A stretch of DNA of 64,000 nt. Source: Lama guanicoe (taxonomy: Eukaryota). The number at the start of each line of letters is the position of its first letter. Positions within the stretch are counted from its first letter, which is position 1. A program made the translations under genes and the position numbers. The stretch is from positions 231,146-295,145 of the forward strand of contig MU054400.1 of NCBI GenBank assembly GCA_013239625.1, in the 5' to 3' direction. Positions 60,180 to 64,000 of this stretch are shown here, in pieces. The notes below the pieces were generated by a model. It saw only the letters and a program-made list of their open reading frames with translations, ran no database searches and was not told where the DNA came from.

Positions 60180-61737
60180 TGAAGATCCTGAATAGCTAAA
60201 GCAATCTTGAGAAAAAAGAACAAAGCTAAAGGTACCATGCTCCTTGGCTTCAGACTATACTACAAAGCTACAGTCATAAAAACAGTATGGTACTGGCACA
60301 AAAAACAGGCACATAGATCAATGGAACAGAAATAAACTCATGCACTTAAGGTCAATTAATCCATGACAAAGGAGGCAGGAATATACAACAAGGAAAAAAG
60401 AGTCTCTTCAATAAGTGGTGCTGGGAAAAATGGATTGCTACCTGTAAAAAAATAAAATTAGAACATTTTCTCACACTATATACAAAAATAAACTCAAAAT
60501 GGATTAAAGACATGAATGTAAGACTGGAAATCACAAAACTCCTAGAAGAAAACAGGGAAAACGCTTTTTGACATAAGTCATAGTAATATTTTTTTGGATC
60601 AATCTCCTCAGGCAAAGGAAACAAAAGCAAAAAGAAATGGGACCTAACAAAACTTAAAAACTTTTTCACAGCAAAGGAAATCATTGACAAAACAAAATGA
60701 CAGCCTCTAGAACAGGAGAAAATATTTGCAAATGATATGTCTGATAAAGGGTTAATTGCCAAAATATACAAATAGCTCCTACAACTCAATATCAAAAAGT
60801 AAATAACCTGATTAAAAAATGAGCAGAAGACCTGAACTGACCTTTTTCCAAAGAAGGCATACCAGATCGCCAACAGAGGCATAAAAAAATACTCAACATC
60901 ACTAATTATTAGAGAAATGCAAATCAAAACAACAATGACGTATCACCTCATACCTATCAGAATGGCTATCATCAAAAAGTCCACAAATAATAAATAAATG
61001 TGAGGATATGGAGAAAGGGGAACCCTAGTACACTGCTGGTGGGAATGTAAACTGGCATAGCCATTATGGGAAACAGTATGGAGGTTCCTCAAAAAACTAA
61101 AAATAGAACTACCATATGATCCAGCAATCCCACTCATGAGTATATATCTGAAGAAAACAAAAACACTAATTAGTAAAGATATATGCACCCCAATGTTCAT
61201 AGCAGCATCATATACAATAGCCACGATATGGAAGCAACTTACGTGTCCACAAACAATTGAACGGATAAAGAAGATGTGGTGCATATATATAATGGAATAT
61301 TACTCAGCCATAAAAAGAACGAAACTTTGCCATTTGCCAACAACATGGATGGACCTGGAGGATATTATGCTTAGTGAAATGAGTCAAGACAGAGAAGGAC
61401 AAATGCTGTATGTTATCACTTATATGTGGAATCTAAAAAAATAAAACAAATGAATATATATAACAAAACAGAAACAGACTCACAGATACAAAGAACAAAC
61501 TAGTGGTTACTACTGGGAACAGAGATTGGAGGAGGGGCAAGATAGGGGTAGGGGATTAAGAGTTACAAACTATTATGTATAAAATAAATAAGAAAGGATA
61601 TATTGTACAGTACAGGGAAGATAGGCAATATTTCATAATAACTTTAGATGGAGTACAATCTATAAAAATATTGAATCACTATATGGTACACCTGAAACTA
61701 ATATAGTCTTGTAAATCAATTATACTTTAATAAAAAA
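60180..61737 (+). mobile_element. 5'-truncated L1 (ORF2 C-terminal part and 3' UTR), disrupted
   Basis: [84 protein letters not shown]; ends TATACTTTAATAAAAAA; no clear TSD found. Confidence 0.92.
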
Positions 61738-62689
61738 CATCTTTTTAAACATGTCAGTGCACTATGTTTAATCTAAGGACAAGAGAATGAGAAAACCAGA
61801 TCAATCTTCAGTTCGGGGATCAAACCACATCAGAATTCTCTACTTCCAGCTCTTCATGATTCCTAACAGTCTATTTTCTCATCCACTATTCCCTTAACCA
61901 AAGATCCTGTACAGAATCAAAGGAAAGACAACATGGAGAAAGATCTAAGCTGTTGAACAAGCTCAGTCCTGGAGAGCAAATGGATGTTTGGCTGGAACCA
62001 CTCAGACACCTAAAAGGTTTTCATCTCTGGAACCATTAATCTAACACCTTCACTTGCACTAGCTTTATTTTTAAACTTACGAAAAGATTTGTGAAAATTC
62101 TAGGCTTCCTTTGTACTTTGTTCTGTACAACCTAATGGATTCTAATGAGTGGCAAGAGTTTTAAAAGTCTGTTACTTCAGCACTGGAAAACCAATTGCAG
62201 CTACTTTACATCTCTGGAGGCCCCAAGTAAAATAAGGAGTTAGAGGTTTAAGTGTAGCCTTTAATAAAGATCAGAGTTACCTCCCAAGAGGTAGAGAAGA
62301 TGGGAGGAGGTACTGAGGAGGCATGACCATAACCAGATAAGTAGGAGGTTCTCAATATAACATCTGTTAAATAAATGAGTCAGAATTACAGCCAAGAAAA
62401 AAAATATCAAGCTTCTAGCCAGTTGCATCAAAACAATCATACTTAAATCAAAAAGGAGGGAAATAGTACATGTATTGTTTGTAGGTTGCAGGGTTATAAG
62501 AAATCTCAAAAGCATAACTGATTAGCATAAATTTGGGAGGAATCATCAGATTCAACACCAATCCAACATGCAAGAAATTCTACTTGCTCTCCTTCAATTT
62601 TCATCTGTTCATCTCAATTCATCCATATTCTTTCCTCTCCTGTGAGAAAGTGCCGGAATGAGCATTTACATCTGTACAGGCAAAGTGCT

Positions 62690-63585
62690 AAGAGAGCTCC
62701 CATCTTTTAGAAAGTTTTCCCTCTTGACCCCACCTCCCGCCCTGACCTCTGGCTATCACTTCATTTCTCTGTTCTCCTTAACAGCAAAACTCATTGAGTT
62801 CTCTCTGCTCTCTGACTCCAATTCCTCTTCTCTTTTGGACTCATTTCAAACAAGACTTTACCCCCACCCACTCCACTGGCACTGCTCTTGTAAAGGTGAC
62901 CAGTGACCTCCATGTTGCTAAGTCCAGTGGTCATTTTTCAGTCCTTTTCATACTTGACCTATCGACAGAACTGATGCAATCACTATGCCCTCCCTGACAT
63001 GCTTTCTTCTTTTGGCTCCTTGGACATCTCTTCATTTTCGCACCTCACTGGCCACTTCATAGTTTCTTTTGCTGGTTCCTTCTCATCTCCCCAGCCTCAA
63101 AATGTTGCTGTTCCTTAGTACTTAGTATTATAACTTCTTTAACTTATTGATGCCTGCTCCCTAAGTTATCTCATTAGTCCCAGGGCTTTAAATGCTAACC
63201 ATGCCCCAGTAGCTCCCAAATTTGTATCTCCAGCCCAGATTTCTCCCCAAAACTCCAGACCTGTACATCAACTCTGTCACCATCTTCACTTTGATATATC
63301 AAGTGAACATGTCCAAAGCCAAGTTCCTGATATCCTACCTCAAATTTCAAATCTTGGAATCATCCTTGATTACACAGTTTCTCTCACATCCCAAATTTAT
63401 TAGCAAATACTGTCAGTTTTACATTAAAATATACCCAGAATCTGACCACTTCTAGCCATATCCACAAGCCACCATCATCTCTTAGCTGAGCAGTTGCCGT
63501 AGTACCCCAACTGGTCTTCCTGCTTCTGCCCTTGACCCACCTTAAGTCTATTTTCTACACAACAGCAAGATGGAGCCTTTTAAAA
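62690..63585 (+). mobile_element. L2 fragment
   Basis: ACTGCTCTTGTAAAGGTGACCAGTGACCTCCATGTTGCTAAGTCCAGTGG, TATCTCCAGCCCAGATTTCTCCCC, CCCAGAATCTGACCACTTCT. Confidence 0.85.
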
Positions 63586-64000
63586 TACGAGTTGGTGCTT
63601 CTCCCTCCTTTCCCCAGACCCTGCAACCTGGCCTATCACTAACATGTGTGAAGCCCCGCTCAAGAGTAAAATGAATGTTATCTTTCTCTTCCTTCCTCTG
63701 GTTCTGTTCTGAACCATGAAGAGGCTGACATGCACACTATAAATAGTCCATTCTGCATGCCTGAGTTTTATCTGTACCCCCAAAACACAGTGGCCTCTTG
63801 GTTATGCCACAGGCCTCGGGATGTGCACACCTGCAGGATGGTCAACCCTTGGGAGGATAGACCAAGTGAAAAGCTGTGCACAAACCCTGGAAGCAGGTGC
63901 CAGATTCTTTGGGAAGGGAATTTTAGAGTCCCAGTTACCCATCACACAGCCTAGAAAGGGTGGGTAAGGTCTCCAGGTGGGGCATTGTTTTGGCAGATTC

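Noticed and set aside
60352..61284. 191-aa and 113-aa minus-strand ORFs (also 1035-1328 and 58526-58882)
   Set aside because: Antisense readings of L1 ORF2/3' UTR, a common artefact.
1..64000. CRISPR array, operon or other novel multi-gene system; identity of a host gene
   Set aside because: Repeat-rich mammalian DNA with no repeat-spacer array and no recognisable exon chain. Short exons of a spanning gene cannot be excluded without alignment.

Overview
Mammalian non-coding genomic DNA, most likely camelid (alpaca/llama/camel type). The lineage call rests on four tRNA-derived SINEs with a GGGGAGGGTATAGCTCAGTGGTAGAG-type head and an AAATAAATAAACCTAATTACCTCCCC tail, plus young L1 3' ends. The window is dominated by interspersed repeats (L1 of several ages, L2, MIR, MaLR/ERVL/ERV1 LTRs, hAT-Charlie DNA elements) separated by unique, enhancer-like sequence, and has one 69-N assembly gap. 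I found no intact protein-coding gene or exon chain, no CRISPR array and no prokaryote-type system. The only recognisable cellular-gene sequence is a ~300-bp GAS2 retrocopy (51759-52054). It appears to join two exons, then run through a splice donor into intron-like sequence ending in ATTAAA plus an A-run, which suggests a copy of an intronically polyadenylated GAS2 transcript. Other notable structures are a telomeric-repeat insertion between 13-bp direct repeats (25161-25213), several short inverted duplications or palindromes, a foreign ~180-bp insert within an MLT2 LTR, nested or repeat-targeted L1 insertions, and convergent CTCF-like motifs. Repeat family names and exon positions come from recalled consensus sequences, not a database search, and boundaries of old repeats are approximate.
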